Below, piece after piece: positions 41,630 through 55,585 of a stretch of 64,000 nucleotides of DNA. Position numbers and translations under genes: made by a program. The first letter of the stretch is position 1. Every line of letters begins with the position of its first letter. Under the pieces are notes generated by a model. It did not search any database. It saw nothing but the letters and a program-made list of their open reading frames with translations, and was not told where the DNA came from. Where the stretch lies: assembly GCF_009914755.1 (NCBI RefSeq), contig NC_060938.1; one strand, 5' to 3'. Source of the stretch: the human T2T-CHM13v2.0 reference genome, Homo sapiens.

Positions 41630-42241
41630 TGACCAGGAACATGGTCTCTATTGTTCAAATCTTGGCCCTGCAATATTATGCTAAGTGACCTTGGACAACT
41701 TTTTGTACCTCTCTGTGTCACATTTTCATCACTTGTTTCTTAGTTCAGGCTGCTTTAAGAAAAAGCCATAGACCAGGTGACTTAACAGAAATTTATTTCT
41801 CACAGTTCTGGAGGCTGGGAATTGCAGAGCAGGGCATTAATATGACCACTTTCTGGTTTGCAGATGGTTATCTCCTTGCTGTTTCTTCACGTGCTGGAGA
41901 GACGTACCTTTCCTGTGTCTATTCTTATAAGGGCACTATTCCATTCTTGATAATTCTACATTGATGACCTAATCACCTCCCAAAGGCTTCACCTCCTAAT
42001 TCTCTCACATTGGATATTAGAGCTTCAGCATAAACCTTTTAGGGGGACACAAACAGTCCATAGCCACTTGTAAAATGGAGATAATGCTAGTAAAACCTAT
42101 ATGTTGAGGTTATTGCAAGGACTAAATTAGTGACTTGGTTAAGTGTTTTGCATGGTGATTTACTTACAGAAAATACACAATAAGAACTATCTATCATCCT
42201 CATCATTCATCATCATTATCATCATCATCACCATCATCATC
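41630..42241 (+). mobile_element. MIR split by an MLT1A LTR, with (ATC)n tail at ~42193-42241
   Basis: GTGACCTTGGACAAC...CTCTCTGTGTCACATTTTCATC | TGTAAAATGGAGATAATG. Confidence 0.75.
41734..42064 (-). mobile_element. MLT1A-type MaLR solo LTR
   Basis: ATTTATTTCTCACAGTTCTGGAGGCTGGGA...TGACCTAATCACCTCCCAAAGGC...GGGGACAC...CAGTCCATAGC; flanking CACT repeat. Confidence 0.85.
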
Positions 42242-45200
42242 CTTGGTTTCATACCTTCCACATCCAACCTGTGGTAACTAATGTACATTTCCATACATAT
42301 TTGAAAATATTTTAAATCTACTCATATCTTCTCTTCTCCTCTACCAGTACTCTAGCTCAAGTCAACATCATTTCTTACTCAGATTATTACAGTAGTCTTC
42401 TAGTGGATGTTGCCAGTTTTTACTGCCTTCTACTTTTTTGCTGCTGAAATAAAAAAGAATTTTCAATATGTCACTAATTTGTCTTTAAATAGATTCACAT
42501 TGTAATTTAGAATAAAATGAAATCTCCTTACCAAGTCTTAAAAGCATTATACATTATGGCCCATATATCAGCTTTGTAACTTCTTTTTTCATGTTCAACT
42601 TTGTTCATCAGGAGAATGATACAGTTTTCTATTTGATTTAATTTTGTTTATAAGCATGCTTAGCTACTCTTTGCCTCGAAGCTTTTTTATATCCTTTTTT
42701 ATATCCATCTTCTTCTCTTTATAATAATATGTTTCTTGATATTAGTGTTCTAAATATTTACAATGAAAATGAAATTTAGTCTGTACACCAATTTATGATA
42801 AGAATTACTCAAATTGCTGTTGTAGTATCCAAAATTAGTCACTGAGTCCCACAGAATTGGTTTTCAAACACATTGTGAACATTTTCAGAATTACCCATGT
42901 GAAAATACAAAATACACCAAATTGCCAAAGAAAAAGAAGGAATACAAGAGGAAGGAGAAGGAAAAATAAAAATAAAAATACACAGTAAATGGAAAAAACA
43001 TACTTCTACTCTAAAATGACAATGCTATGTGGCATAAATGTGAATGTCCAGCAAGTAAATTTAGATAGAGATGTGTTTAAGATACCCCGTTCTTAGTATC
43101 AAGGGACAAATTATGAAGTCTTTATTTTTCATGAATAGCTGTTTTCTTTCTTATTTGCAGTGAACATTATTTAAGTGTCTTTTTATACAAGAAAACTGCA
43201 TAATAAAACTAATAAATAAGAAAAATCACAAAAGACAAAAACTCAAATGCAGCTGCTGTTATTTACCATTTCACTGCAATGGCCTACAATTATACTTAAC
43301 AATATTAGCCTGTACAGATTTCCAGAAGATTCCTGCCAAAGATTAAAACAAATGTGAGAAATTTCTATTAACTCAACATATTGTAGCCTAGTACAATAAA
43401 ATTGTAGTTTTTCTAACTTCCATTGGAGAAAACTTCTAAGTATAGAGAAGAAACTTCTTTCAAACTTTGTGTACATCAAAATAATTACTTCATAATTGAA
43501 TCCCCTGCAACAAGACATAGAAGGTTCAGGAGAATCTTTATTTTATATTCTTAAATTACATAGAATGATATTTATTTCAGCTTTGAAACACACTTTTCTC
43601 TCAGTAGTTTTGTAGCCTACAGTGATATAAACAGATAAATATTGAAAGAAAATATGGCATGTATAACAAAGTAAATGATTTTCTTTTTTTAGAGTTTTAT
43701 GATGCTTTATTCATTACACATTTTGGCTGATAATATATGTAGTTTAGTGAGCTTTACTGACTCACATTTTATGTGTTTTTTTCCCTCTTTTTTCTTTAGC
43801 AGTAAAATTGTATCATCTTTTGACTAGATAGAAAAATCTGAAGCTAATTAAAAGTTGCAAGTATTTTGTAAGGTCCATTTGAGTTAGTTGAAGCACAATG
43901 TTTCCTAAATAGGAGGTCCAGAAATCTAGAGGACCAAATATGATTTCTCAGATGTCTGAAGGCCTCTATATAATTTCAGAGTCTGCTAAAACATGTATTT
44001 ATGATAGTGCTGGCACAAAATAATTACTTACCCAAATATTCATGCTTGCTTAAGAAAAAGAAAACAGAGGCAAAAATAATACATTAATGATGAATTCAAC
44101 ATGAAACAAGATTAAGTAAGACTAAGACACACTATATGAAGAGGGGTTGTACGCTAGGTGCAAATGAGAGAAATGGTGGAAAAACTGAATTACCGTGCAG
44201 TGCATGGAAGTAAGAGTGCACTAAAATAAAGTAAAATAAATTGCATTAGGGCCATCAGAGCTATATTCACATTGTAATTGCTGATTTAGGGTTAACAAAA
44301 TAACATCATTTGTCATAGTAAACTAATGCTGTTAGTTTGGATTTTATTGTTTGGTTTTGTTAGCATTTAATTTATATATTCTTTTGACTTTATACCTTCG
44401 TATAAGCTATAAGTAAATGAGTTTAGACACTTCTTCTATGTTTGCACTTATTTAACATTGTAATAAAAATAATGTAAGTCAACAAGGAGAGCTAACAAAT
44501 ACCATGAATTCTTAAGAAACGTGAACACAAATATTTGTCATAGTATTTTTGTTCATGTGTAATCCACACATATGAAAATCAAGTACAATAGCCAGTAAAC
44601 AAGAAATCTTACTTTTCCCCTTCTTTTTACCCTTATTTTAAAACTAAACATTTAATTTGAGATAATTGGAATTTCACATGCATTTATAAAAAATAATACA
44701 TAGAGATCCTGCATACCCTTTACTCAGTTTCCCTCAAAGGCAACATGTTGCAAAACTATACTGCAATATCCAAACCAGGTTACTGGCATTGATACAGTCA
44801 ATATGTAGAACATTTCATCTCCAGGATTCCTTGTTTCCCTTTTATAGCCAGACCTATTTTCCTCCCATCTTTGCTCTCCCATCCCTTAACTACCTTGTTC
44901 ACCATTTTTGATATATTTTTTAATTTCAAGAATGTTCTATTATAAATGAAATTAAACAGCATGTAACCATTTCTTTTGCCTTTTTTCACTAAGCATAATT
45001 CACTGGAGATTCATTCAGGTTTTGTGGGGATCAATAGTTCATTTCGTTTTATTACTGAGTAGTATTACTGAGTATGGATGTGCCACAGTTAGTTTAACCA
45101 TTCGCTCATTGAAGGTTAGTTACTAACCTAGGTTAGTTCCAGGTTTTAGTTAGTATGGATAAGACTGCCATAATCATTTGTGTACAAGATATTGTGTAAA

Positions 45201-45462
45201 GATAAATATTCATAAATGCTCAATAATGCAATTGCTAAGTTCTATGATGTTCCATGTTTAGTTTTTCAAGAAACTGCCAAACTGTTCTCCAGAGTATTTG
45301 TACCATTTTACGTTTCCACCAGCAATATACAAGTGGTAAGTTTCTCTGCGTACTCACTATCATCTCATGTTACCATCTTTCTTTAAAAAGCAATTTGATA
45401 GCTGTGTATTAACAACTCACTGTAGTTTCAATGTGCATTTTCCTACTGGCTAATAGTATTGA

Positions 45463-45761
<299 letters not shown>

Positions 45762-46429
45762 TGATGAGCTTATATATCATCTGTATGTCCTCTTGAATAG
45801 GATGGTTCTTCATTTACTTTTTTTTCCATTTTCTAATTGGATTTTTTATTACTATTGAGTTTTGAGAATTCTTTTTATATTGTCGACTTTATTCTTTTGT
45901 TAGATTTGTGATTTTCAAAACTTTGTCTCAGTGATTAGTCTGGGTTTTCACACTTTTAACGGAGCAAAAGTTTTAATTTTGGTAAATTCCAGTGTATCAG
46001 TTTATTTCTTTCTGAAGTGTGCTTTTGGTATCAAGCTTAAGATCCCTTTGCCAGCCTAAAATGCTGAAGATTTTCTCCTATATTTTTTCTAAAAGTTTTA
46101 TAGTTTTGTTGTACTTTTAAATATGTGATCTATTTTGAGTTAATTTTTGAATAAGAGGTGAGACAGATTAACATTCTTTTTTTGCTTGTGAACATCTCAC
46201 TGCTCCAGCATCATTTGTTGAAAAGCTGCTGTTACTCCATTGAATTGCTTTGGGATCTTTGTCAAAGATCAGTTGGGTATATTTATGTGGGTCTCTTTCT
46301 GGGTGCTGTATTCTGTTTCTTTGATGTCTATGTCTGTTTCTCCACCAGTATCACCAGTCTTTATTACTGTAGCTAAATAGTAAGTCTTGAAGTCAAGTAG
46401 ACTGATTCCTTCCACTTTTTTTATTTTAA

Positions 46430-46642
<213 letters not shown>

Positions 46643-46684
46643 TTGGCTTTTACTTTGCCTTTCCATAATCATCTTGTATGTGTG

Positions 46685-46770
46685 AGATACATACATATAT
46701 ATGTGTATATATGTATACATAATTGTATATGTCTATATATATAACCTTATTATATATAATTTTATAATAT
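46685..46770. repeat. TA-rich low-complexity tract
   Basis: Seen directly. Confidence 0.8.
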
Positions 46771-48333
46771 AATCTTCATCTAATTTTGATGGAAATTACA
46801 TTAAACTTGTGTAACAATTCAGGAAGAACTGATATATTTACACCTCTTGAGACCAAATCTGGAACATGGTGTATCTTTCCATTTATTTAAGCCTTCTTTG
46901 ATTTCCTCAACATTTCTTCTTCAATAAAAACATTGTAGTTTTTGTTATATAAATTCTGTATCTGTTTTGTTACATTTGAACCTAAACATTTAATTTTTTG
47001 AGTAATTCTGAAATGATATTGCATTTCTAATTGTTTCTCATATATTCTTTGCTAATATGTAAAAAAACAATTTTTTTATGTTTATCTTGTATCCTGTGAC
47101 CTTATTGAAGTCACTTTTTAGTTCTGAGAGTCCCTTTGTAGATTTCTTGAGATTTTCTACAGAGACAATCATACCATTTGCAAATAGAAACAGTTCTATT
47201 CCTACCTTTCTAATACATAAGCATTCATCTCCTTCATCTATCATACTTGCCAAAACTTCCAGCAGATGTCTTTACTTTGTTTCTTCTGTTTACCCAAGAC
47301 AGTCTTTCTGTCTTTTTCTTTCTTTCTTTCTTTCTTTTTTAGCTTTTCTTGTTATTGTTTCTATATGCTCTTTATCAAGTTAAGAAAGTCCTCCTCTGTC
47401 TCTATGTTTCTTGGAATATATATAATGAATGGATGTTAAATTTTGTCAAATACTTTTTCTTGACTGATATTATCATGTGATTTTTCTTTAACTTGTTAAT
47501 ATGTTAGATTACATTGATCTTTGAATATTGTACCAGCCTTGCATTCTTGTAATAAACTTTATTTGGTTACAGTGTATAATCAAATATAGTGAGTTATTTG
47601 AATTGAATTTGAATTGTTATAGTTGAATTGTTTTTGTTAATATTTCATTAAGGATTTTGTTTCTATGTATAATAGGGATATTTTTCTGTAGATTTTGTTT
47701 CGTTTTGGTTTTTAAGTATCAGAGTAATGCCAGCTTCTTAAATAAATTGTGAAGTGTTTGTTTGTCTTTAATTCTCTGAAAGATACTTGTAGAATTTGTG
47801 TTAATTTTTTTAAATAATTGGTAGAAATCCTTGGAGGTGTGGAGAGTTCTTGGTAAGGAGAATTCTTAAATTACAAATTTAATTTCCTTCATAGTTACAC
47901 AGCTATCCAAATTATCTATTTTGTTTTTAATGAGTTATGATAGTATTTTTTAATGGAATTGGTCCATTTAATCCAACTTGTTAAAATTATACATGTAAAA
48001 TTGTTTGTAGTATTCCATTATTTTCCTTTTGGTGTCTACATGATCTGTAGACTTATTGCTTGTTCCATTCTGATATTGGTAATTTGTGTTTTCTCTCTCT
48101 TTTTTTTTGTCAATCATTGTCAATTGTATTATTCTTTTCAGAGAAGAAGCCATTTATTTCATTAATTATTCTCTATTTTATTCTGTTTTCAATTTATTTC
48201 TGCTCTCGTCTCTATTATTTTATTTCGTCTGTTTGTTTTAGGTTTAATTTTCTCTTATTTTCTTGGATTCTTAGTGTGGGAGCTTAGATTATCAATTTGA
48301 GTGTTTATCTCATTTCTAATTTGTATATTTAGT

Positions 48334-48844
48334 TAGGGGTCCCCAACCCTCAGGCCACGGACTAGTACTGGTCCATGGCCTGTTAGGAACTGGAATGCAC
48401 AGCAGTAGGTGTGTGGTGGGAGAGCAAGTAAAGCTTCACCTGTGTTTACAGCTGCTCCCCATCACTCGCATTACCGCCTGAGCTCCACCTCCTGTCAGAT
48501 CAGTGGCGGCATTAGACTCTCATAAGAGTGAACTGCACATGCAAGGGATCTAGGTTGTGCAACTCCTCATGATAATCTAATGCCTGATGATCTGTCACTG
48601 TCTCCTGTCACCCCCAGATGGGACTGTCTAGTTGAAGGAAAACAAGCTCAGGGGTCCCAGTGATTCTACATTATGGTGAGTTGTATAATTATTTCATTAT
48701 CTATTACAAGGTAATAATAATAGAAATAAAGTATAAAATAAATGTAATGCACTTGAATCATCCCCAAACAAATCACCCTCACCCCTGGTCTGTGAAAAAA
48801 TTGTCTTTCATGAAACCAGTCCCCACAAAGGTTGGGGACCACTG
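48334..48844. mobile_element. MER1A (hAT-Charlie)
   Basis: TIRs (T/C)AGGGGTCCCCAACC ... GGTTGGGGACCACTG; 8-bp TSD TATTT(A/G)GT at 48326-48333 and 48845-48852. Confidence 0.92.
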
Positions 48845-51800
48845 TATTTGGTAACACAAATTCTCCCTTCAGCATGGCTTTAGTTGTGGCCCACACATTT
48901 TACAAAGTTGCATTTTAATTTTCATCCAGTTCAATATTTTTTCATATCCTTTGAGACTTCCTCCTTGACCAATAGATTATACAAATGTACTTCTTAGTTT
49001 CCAAGTGTTTGGAAATTGTCTTCTTGTATTTCTGTTGTTGATTTCTAGTTTAATTTTATTGTAGATGGAGAACACGTGCTGTATAACTTAAATTATTTTA
49101 AATTTGTTGGGGTTTGTTTAATAGCCCATGATCTGGTCTGTATTGGTATATATACTATGTCAACTTGAAAAGAATATGTGTTTTTTTCTGGTTTTGGTGG
49201 ACTTTTCTTAAAAAAGTTGATTAGTCCCTATTGATGGATTATGTTGTCGAGTTCTTTCATACTCTTGCTGAGGTTTTTTTCGCTAGTTGTTCTCTCAGTT
49301 GTCTTGAAGGAATGTTGAAGTGTCCAAATATAATTGGAAATTTGTCCATTTCTGCTTTCAGTTTTATCAGTTTTGCTACACATCTCTTTCAGTTTTTTTG
49401 GTGTACACATGTTTAGGGTTGCTATGGTTTCTTAGTGAATTGATTCTTTTATTATTACAACATGTCCCTCTCTGCCTCTTTTAATTTTTTTCCTCTGAGC
49501 TTTACTTTATTTTACACTTATATAGCTACTCTTTCTTTCATCTCATTAATAAGTGCATAATACATATCTTCATTATTTTACTGTCAACCCGCCTGGATAG
49601 TTATATTTCAAGGAAATTTCTTCTAGACAACGTACAGTTGGTTCATGCTTTTGAATCCATGCTGCCACTATTAGTCTTTTGATTGATGCATTTAGATCAT
49701 TTGCATTAATGCAAGCACTCATATGTTAGACTTAAATCTGCTACTTTATGTTTTGTCTTCTATTTGTTTCCTCTGCTTTTCCTTTCCCTGTTTGCTTTTT
49801 CATGCTTATTTGCAGATTACTTGAACACTCTTTGGAATCAATTTTGAATGTTTTCTATAGTGTTTTGATTGCTCATCTTTTTATACCATTTTTAGTGTCT
49901 GCTGTATTACATAATACATGGATAGCTTATCACAGTCTAACAGAGTTATCATTTTACTTGTTCAAGTGAAGTATAAAACTGTATCTCCTTGTACACTTCT
50001 TTATCCTTTCCCATTTATAATATAATCATAATATTTAATCTATATACATTTATAACAACTTCAGACATTGTTATAATTTTTCCTACCACCAAACAAAATT
50101 TTTAAAACACAATAGAAAAAGGAAAGACTAATATTCACATATATTTTTGTTTAACGTCTTCTTCCTTCTTGCTGTCTCTAGAGTCTTATAGTTTGTTTGT
50201 TTGTATGTTTTCCTGTTTAGAAAACATCCTGTAGCCATTCCTTTAGGGTAGGTCTGCTAGCAACACACCCTTCTCATTTTTCTTTATCTGAGAATGTCTT
50301 GATCCTGTTCATCCTGAAGGATATCTTCTTCTCTGAGTATAGGGTTGGCAGTTCTTTTCTTTCAGTACTAGAAAAACGTATTTACACTCTAGGTAATGTG
50401 TTATTTCTCCCTTGCTGCTTTCAAGATTTTTTGTTTGTTTCTTTTTAGTTTTCAGGCGTTCGATGTATCTCAGTATAATTTTTTTTTGAGTTAATTATAT
50501 TTGGGGCTTATTCAGCTTCTTGAATCTGCAGAATTATGAAAATTTTGTAAGTTGGAGCCATTTTCAAGGTGCATTTTCCTCTCTACCCTCTTTATTGACA
50601 CCTTCCCCACAAAGATTTTGATAGCAGGAATGCTGTTTCTTTTATTAATCCCACAGATCCTTGGCAGCATTCTGGGAAGGGAGGGAGCATTGCCTCAATA
50701 TGGCCAAATGCAGGTAGAAGTCCAGCTTTTCCACTCTAATCATTACCCCTGGATAAAGGTTCTGGTTCCCATGGGGCTTCCACTGATTACCCCATGGCTT
50801 AGAGTGACAGGAGAGCCTCATTACTGCTCTCCACATAGCCTTCACTGGCGCTTTGGGTGGTAGCCTTCTTACCATTGCCTGATGATGAACATCCTGACTC
50901 TTTACTAGGCTTCCTCTGGTATCACTCCAATCACATGGGTGTGGAAAGTCTCTACACTGTCCAGTGGGGGTGAAAAGTCCATGCTCCTCACATGATCTCC
51001 ACTAACACTGCAGAGGGGTAGAGGCTTATTGTCACATGATGAGAATGAAAGTCATATCTTTCTATTCTGCCTTTCCTGACACTACCTAGTCAGGGGAGTT
51101 GAGGTGCCATGTTGTAGCTCAGCAGAGTCAAAGCCTGGGCTTCACATTCAGTCTTCGCTGATGTGAGTGGTAGTGGGACCGGAGTTTTTTCTCTGGTGTT
51201 TGGCTAGAGCAGAGTGGTTATTGTTTAAAGGATTTTTGTCTTGCTAGGCTGCCTGTTTCCTGGGTCTTTTGCCTAGAGAAAACAGACTTTTGTTGAACTC
51301 TTTTTACCAGCTTAGCATTTTCAGAATGCTGATTTCTTCACCTCAAAGTTTAGTAAATATGAAATAAAAAGAAAACTTACCACCATGCCCTTCCTTGGGT
51401 TTTGAGGTTCCTAGCTGGCCTGCCTTATTTTCTATTTTTTAGAGACTATTTATTTATCACAATGTCCAGAGTTTTTAATTGTGGTCTTAGCAAGAAAAAA
51501 AATAGATAATATTATGTCTATGCCATGTTTTCACAAAGCAATCTAGTGGCTCATATTTAAAAAATAAAACTCATGTTATTCCCCCCAAAATATGTTTCTT
51601 TTCTAGTATGCCCATTTTTAATTTCATGTTCACCAAATGTTTTTGCTTATCTAACCTCCCACGTCACATTTTTCCGATCAGTTTAATTGCTTTCCCACCT
51701 GAAATAGCCTGGAATCCTTTTCCCCAACTCTGTATTTTAAATGTACTTAAAATCTGTTGTCATTCTGACCAGCATAACCATCAGCTATTAACCTGGACAT

Positions 51801-53019
51801 TTCTACTTTACCGTTTGTTTTTCTTTTGTTTGCTTACTTGTTTTTTTGCTTTTCTACTGCATTTTGTATTCTGTTCTAGCTTTTATACTGTGTTTAGTTG
51901 AGCCAAATCTTGCCTGATAGAACAAATTCTAATGGTGTACATGACAAAACCTTAACTTTTAGCTTTTGTTCACTCCACATTGCATAATCAAGTGCTGCTG
52001 AATTTAAGAAACACATAGATCCAAACCTTCTTGAAGGATGAAGCTTCAGAGGATGGAAGGCAAAAGGATTGTGCACTTGGATCCAACTCTGAGCCAGACT
52101 CACCTAAATCTTGTACTTCTAACCTCAGAGACAGCCTTTTTTTCTTGGCTTCTGGGGTTTTGAATTTTGACTTACTGTTGATCAAATTGAGTCACTGTTT
52201 GAGTTAATTCGGCTTTTAGTAAACACCAGTATCTGCCCCACTCAGTCCTTGTAATGTTCTTTCTAAGCACTTTCTCCCCGTCCTTGTCCACCCTCAGCCA
52301 AGCATTGCAATGGCTTTGTTTTGATTATTAAATCACAGCTTTGGAAACCTTAGATTCTGCTAATCCCTCTATAAACTAGTTGTTTTTGTGAGATATATGT
52401 GAGTGTACTCGGAAAACTTAAAAAGATCTTTATTGAAGTGCAGGGAATTATTATCATTAGGAATTTATTTTCATGTAATTCAGTACCCAGATGTGTTTGT
52501 GGAGTTCAGAACTAAAAAATGGTCAATATATCTTGTGGAAAATGATATATAGTCTTTTCAGGATGAGATGAGAAATAAAGTTCATGTCCCTCTAGTAGTC
52601 TCCTTTTACTAAAATAGTATTCATTTATTACCTATATATAATTTATATATGAGTGTGCATTTTTCTTGTAGCAGTTGATATCATCCATTATTATTTTATA
52701 ACTGGTGAATTTGCATTAAGCAAATCTACATTTATCACTTGTTTGGAATAACATAAAAAGTCAGCCAAAGAAAGCAAAGAAAAAGTGAAATATTTTTTGC
52801 AATGCCTAGATCATGATAGGCAATGATATGTAGGATGCTATTCTCTTCCAGATATAATCTGTAGACCCCACATATTTTGATGAGAATGCTCTTTTTACAC
52901 TAGCACTAAAAAGATGGCACATAGGCAGAAAATAATTGAAATAACTTCCGTTCAATTTCTAATTGAATCTCTCTTCTGTGGGGAAGGAAGTAAAGTACAA
53001 TTAAAGATGTAGTGGAAAG

Positions 53020-53770
53020 CTGTTTTTTTTTCTTCCAGCATCAGCATGAATTTCTTTTTCTTTAAAGAACAGGACCCTTGCTTTTCCCTTGAAAAGCTCC
53101 CTCCTTTAGTACCAATAATTTTCCTCTGGCTCTTAGGGTAGATACTCAGCTTAGTGTTAGACAGTCAGCAAGCTCCAGTTTTTACAGTTCACTCTGTCCA
53201 GAGTGATTGGCCCAAGAGTGGCCATGTGGCTCAAAACAGGCAAATGATGGCCAGAGTTTTCACTGGAAATAATGAGCATGTGATGAATATACATATTAGA
53301 AACAAGCAGCACAGACTAACGGTTTTGAACACAGATTCTGGGTCCAGACTTTCTACCTCCAAAACATGTATCAGTCACCATGGGCAAGTTTTATAACCTC
53401 TTTGTGCCTGTTTTCTAATCTGCATAATGTGGATAATAATAGTGCCTACTTCATAAGTATTAGCAGGATTAAATGAGTTGCCGATTAAATGAGTTTCTGT
53501 GTCTAAAGTGCTTGGAATGATAATCATTAAAACTAATTATTATTTTCTCACTTATGTTTTGCTAAGCTGGAAGGACACAAATATTGAGCTGCTAATAGTT
53601 GTTTTGCCACAAACATTCACCAGAGAACAAATCCAACAAAAAGGAAGCGTATAGCCAAGAGATGGAGAGAGACAGGCCCAATCAACATCATTTGATCATC
53701 TGAATCCAAGTCGGTCTTAATTTTTCAGCTTATAATTTTTTAATCTAAACCAATATGCATTAGGTAAGTC
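53020..53770 (+). mobile_element. Old MaLR LTR (MLT1J/K-like) split by a MIR
   Basis: AGTGATTGGCCCAAGAGTGGCCATGTG...AGCCAAGAGATGGAGAGAGAC...CATCATTTGA..CTGAATCCA. Confidence 0.6.
53300..53545 (+). mobile_element. Near full-length MIR
   Basis: GGGCAAGTTTTATAACCTCTTTGTGCCTG...GATAATAATAGTGCCTACTTCATA...GGATTAAATGAG. Confidence 0.8.
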
Positions 53771-53915
53771 CTCCCTATATGTAAAGGGGCACCGTGAGGA
53801 ACATAGGAAAAGGAGGAAATGAGCTGTTTCTGGAGCAGTCTTCCCGTGATCAGCAACATAAAATTCTCTAAAAGAAGAGCTGGCTACCCTATGTAGTCTA
53901 CACATTCAAAAAGTA

Positions 53916-54250
53916 CAGTTGTCCCTCAGTATTCAGGGAGAATTGGTTCCAGGACCCCCAGAGAACACCGAAATCCATAAGTATTCAAGTGTCTGATATA
54001 AATAGAATAATATTTTCATACAGCCTATACATATCCTCCCATATACTTTAAATCATCTCTGGATACTTATAATACCTAATACAATGTAAATGCTGTATAA
54101 ATAGTTATTATACCACATTTTATTACTTTTACTATTTTGTATTGTTGTATTGTTATTTTGCATTGTTTTATTTTCTCCAAATATTTCTGATCCATAGTTG
54201 GTTGAATCCATGGATGAGGAACCTACAGATACAGAGAGCAGGGCCAACTA
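53916..54250. mobile_element. MER2 (TcMar-Tigger MITE)
   Basis: TA|CAGTTGTCCCTCAGTAT...TTGGTTCCAGGACCCC...TTGGTTGAATCCATGGATG...GGGCCAACT. Confidence 0.9.
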
Positions 54251-54360
54251 CGTTTTTTATGGGCTTACCATGTGTCAGATACAAGATAGGCATTTAAGAT
54301 ACTAAAGAAAAGGAGTCATCCCCGGACTAGAGGAGGTTACTCTTTAATGGGGAGGTAAGA

Positions 54361-54812
54361 TGTCAATCATTTTAGGCTGCCATAACAGAATACCACAGAC
54401 TGGGTGGCTTAAACAACAGACATTTATTTTCTCAGAGTCTGGAGGATACAGTTCAAAATCAAGGGACCAGCAAGGTGGCTTTCTGATGGAGACTTCTTTG
54501 TTGCAGACAGCTGCCTCCTCACTGCATCCTCATATGGCCTCTTCCCTGTGTATTCACAGAGAGATCCCTAGTGTCTGTTTCTTACTTCATAAGAATACCA
54601 GAGATCTCCGGTATCTCTTCCTCTTATTTTAAAAACACCGGTTTTACCAGTTGAGGGATTAAGTCCCCACATTTTTAACCTCATTTAACTTAAATATTAG
54701 GTTGGTGCAAAAGTAACTGAGATTTTTGCCATTAAGGCCTTATCTCCAAGTATAGTCTCATTGGGTGTAGGTCTTCAACATATGAATTTGAGGTTCGATT
54801 CAGTCCATAACA
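54361..54812 (-). mobile_element. MLT1A0-type MaLR solo LTR with an internal ~40-bp duplication (54561-54640)
   Basis: GGCTGCCATAACAGAATACCACAGACTGGGTGGCTTAAACAACAGA...CAGTCCATAACA. Confidence 0.88.
54697..54733. mobile_element. Half MADE1 (single Hsmar1-derived TIR arm)
   Basis: TA|TTAGGTTGGTGCAAAAGTAACTGAGATTTTTGCCATT; second arm absent. Confidence 0.85.
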
Positions 54813-55474
54813 GTACCTAACAAAGCCATCTGAGTTCAGGGTAATTCACGATTAAATAATAAGTCTTCTATTATTTTCTGAAATGATCTGTTCATTTAAT
54901 AAAATGCAATTCTTGAAGAAGAATACACTCAAAGGCAGCTCTTCATAAGCAAATGCTGAATGTCAACCATGTATTGTCAGGATAATTCTTAGTGAAAATA
55001 ATTCTTCCATTCTAAAATGCATTTTTTAGGAAAAATGTTTGCAAGATAAATTGAAAAGCATGTTTATTGCATGCTTTATAAGGTAAAACTTATGGAGTCA
55101 GCTATGGATACTGAGACAGAATTACTACACAATAACCTATGAATAGAGTCTATCCTGTCTGTTAACTTTTCCAGGTGATTCTGCTGTGCTTGCAAATGAA
55201 TGCAGTGAAAAACAGAAAAATAAACCAAATCAGGAACTTGATCAAAAATTTTTTTTAAATAAATAAGCATAAAAATCTATTCATTGATCTGACATCAGAT
55301 TGAATTAATAAATGTTTGCATCAGTTAATTGATTTAAGCCTTTCCAACTTCCAGTTCTAAAAAGATAAAGCTTCAAGTCAAGTTGGCAATAGAAATGCCA
55401 AGGGCTGCAGCTGGAAACTGCTGCCTGGGGAGTCACATTTGGTAGCAGAATGCTGACCAAGAACCAGCCACTCT

Positions 55475-55585
55475 AGAGGTACTTTCCATGTCAAATTGCT
55501 TTAGGTTTTCACTACAACCCTAAGAGGTTGGCATTATTGGCCCTACTTTATATAATAGATGCAGAAAGGGCAAAAGACTTTTGCT
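55475..55585 (-). mobile_element. MIR fragment
   Basis: TTCACTACAACCCTAAGAGGTTGGCATTATTGGCCCTACTTTA. Confidence 0.55.

Larger units (their letters stand above)
41080..42720 (+). mobile_element. L2 (degraded), interrupted by MIR and MLT1A
   Basis: ACCATCCACTTAGTTGTTCAAGCCAGAAAAC before the insert; CAACATCATTTCTTACTCAGATTATTACAGTAG after it. Confidence 0.6.

Noticed and set aside
43890-44520. Possible ancient DNA-transposon remnant
   Set aside because: Similarity too weak to call by eye; needs a Dfam search
52095-52240. Minus-strand donors TAG|GTGAGT and ACA|GTAAGT with a basic NLS-like peptide (AKKKRL)
   Set aside because: No adequate acceptor, and an in-frame stop lies just upstream
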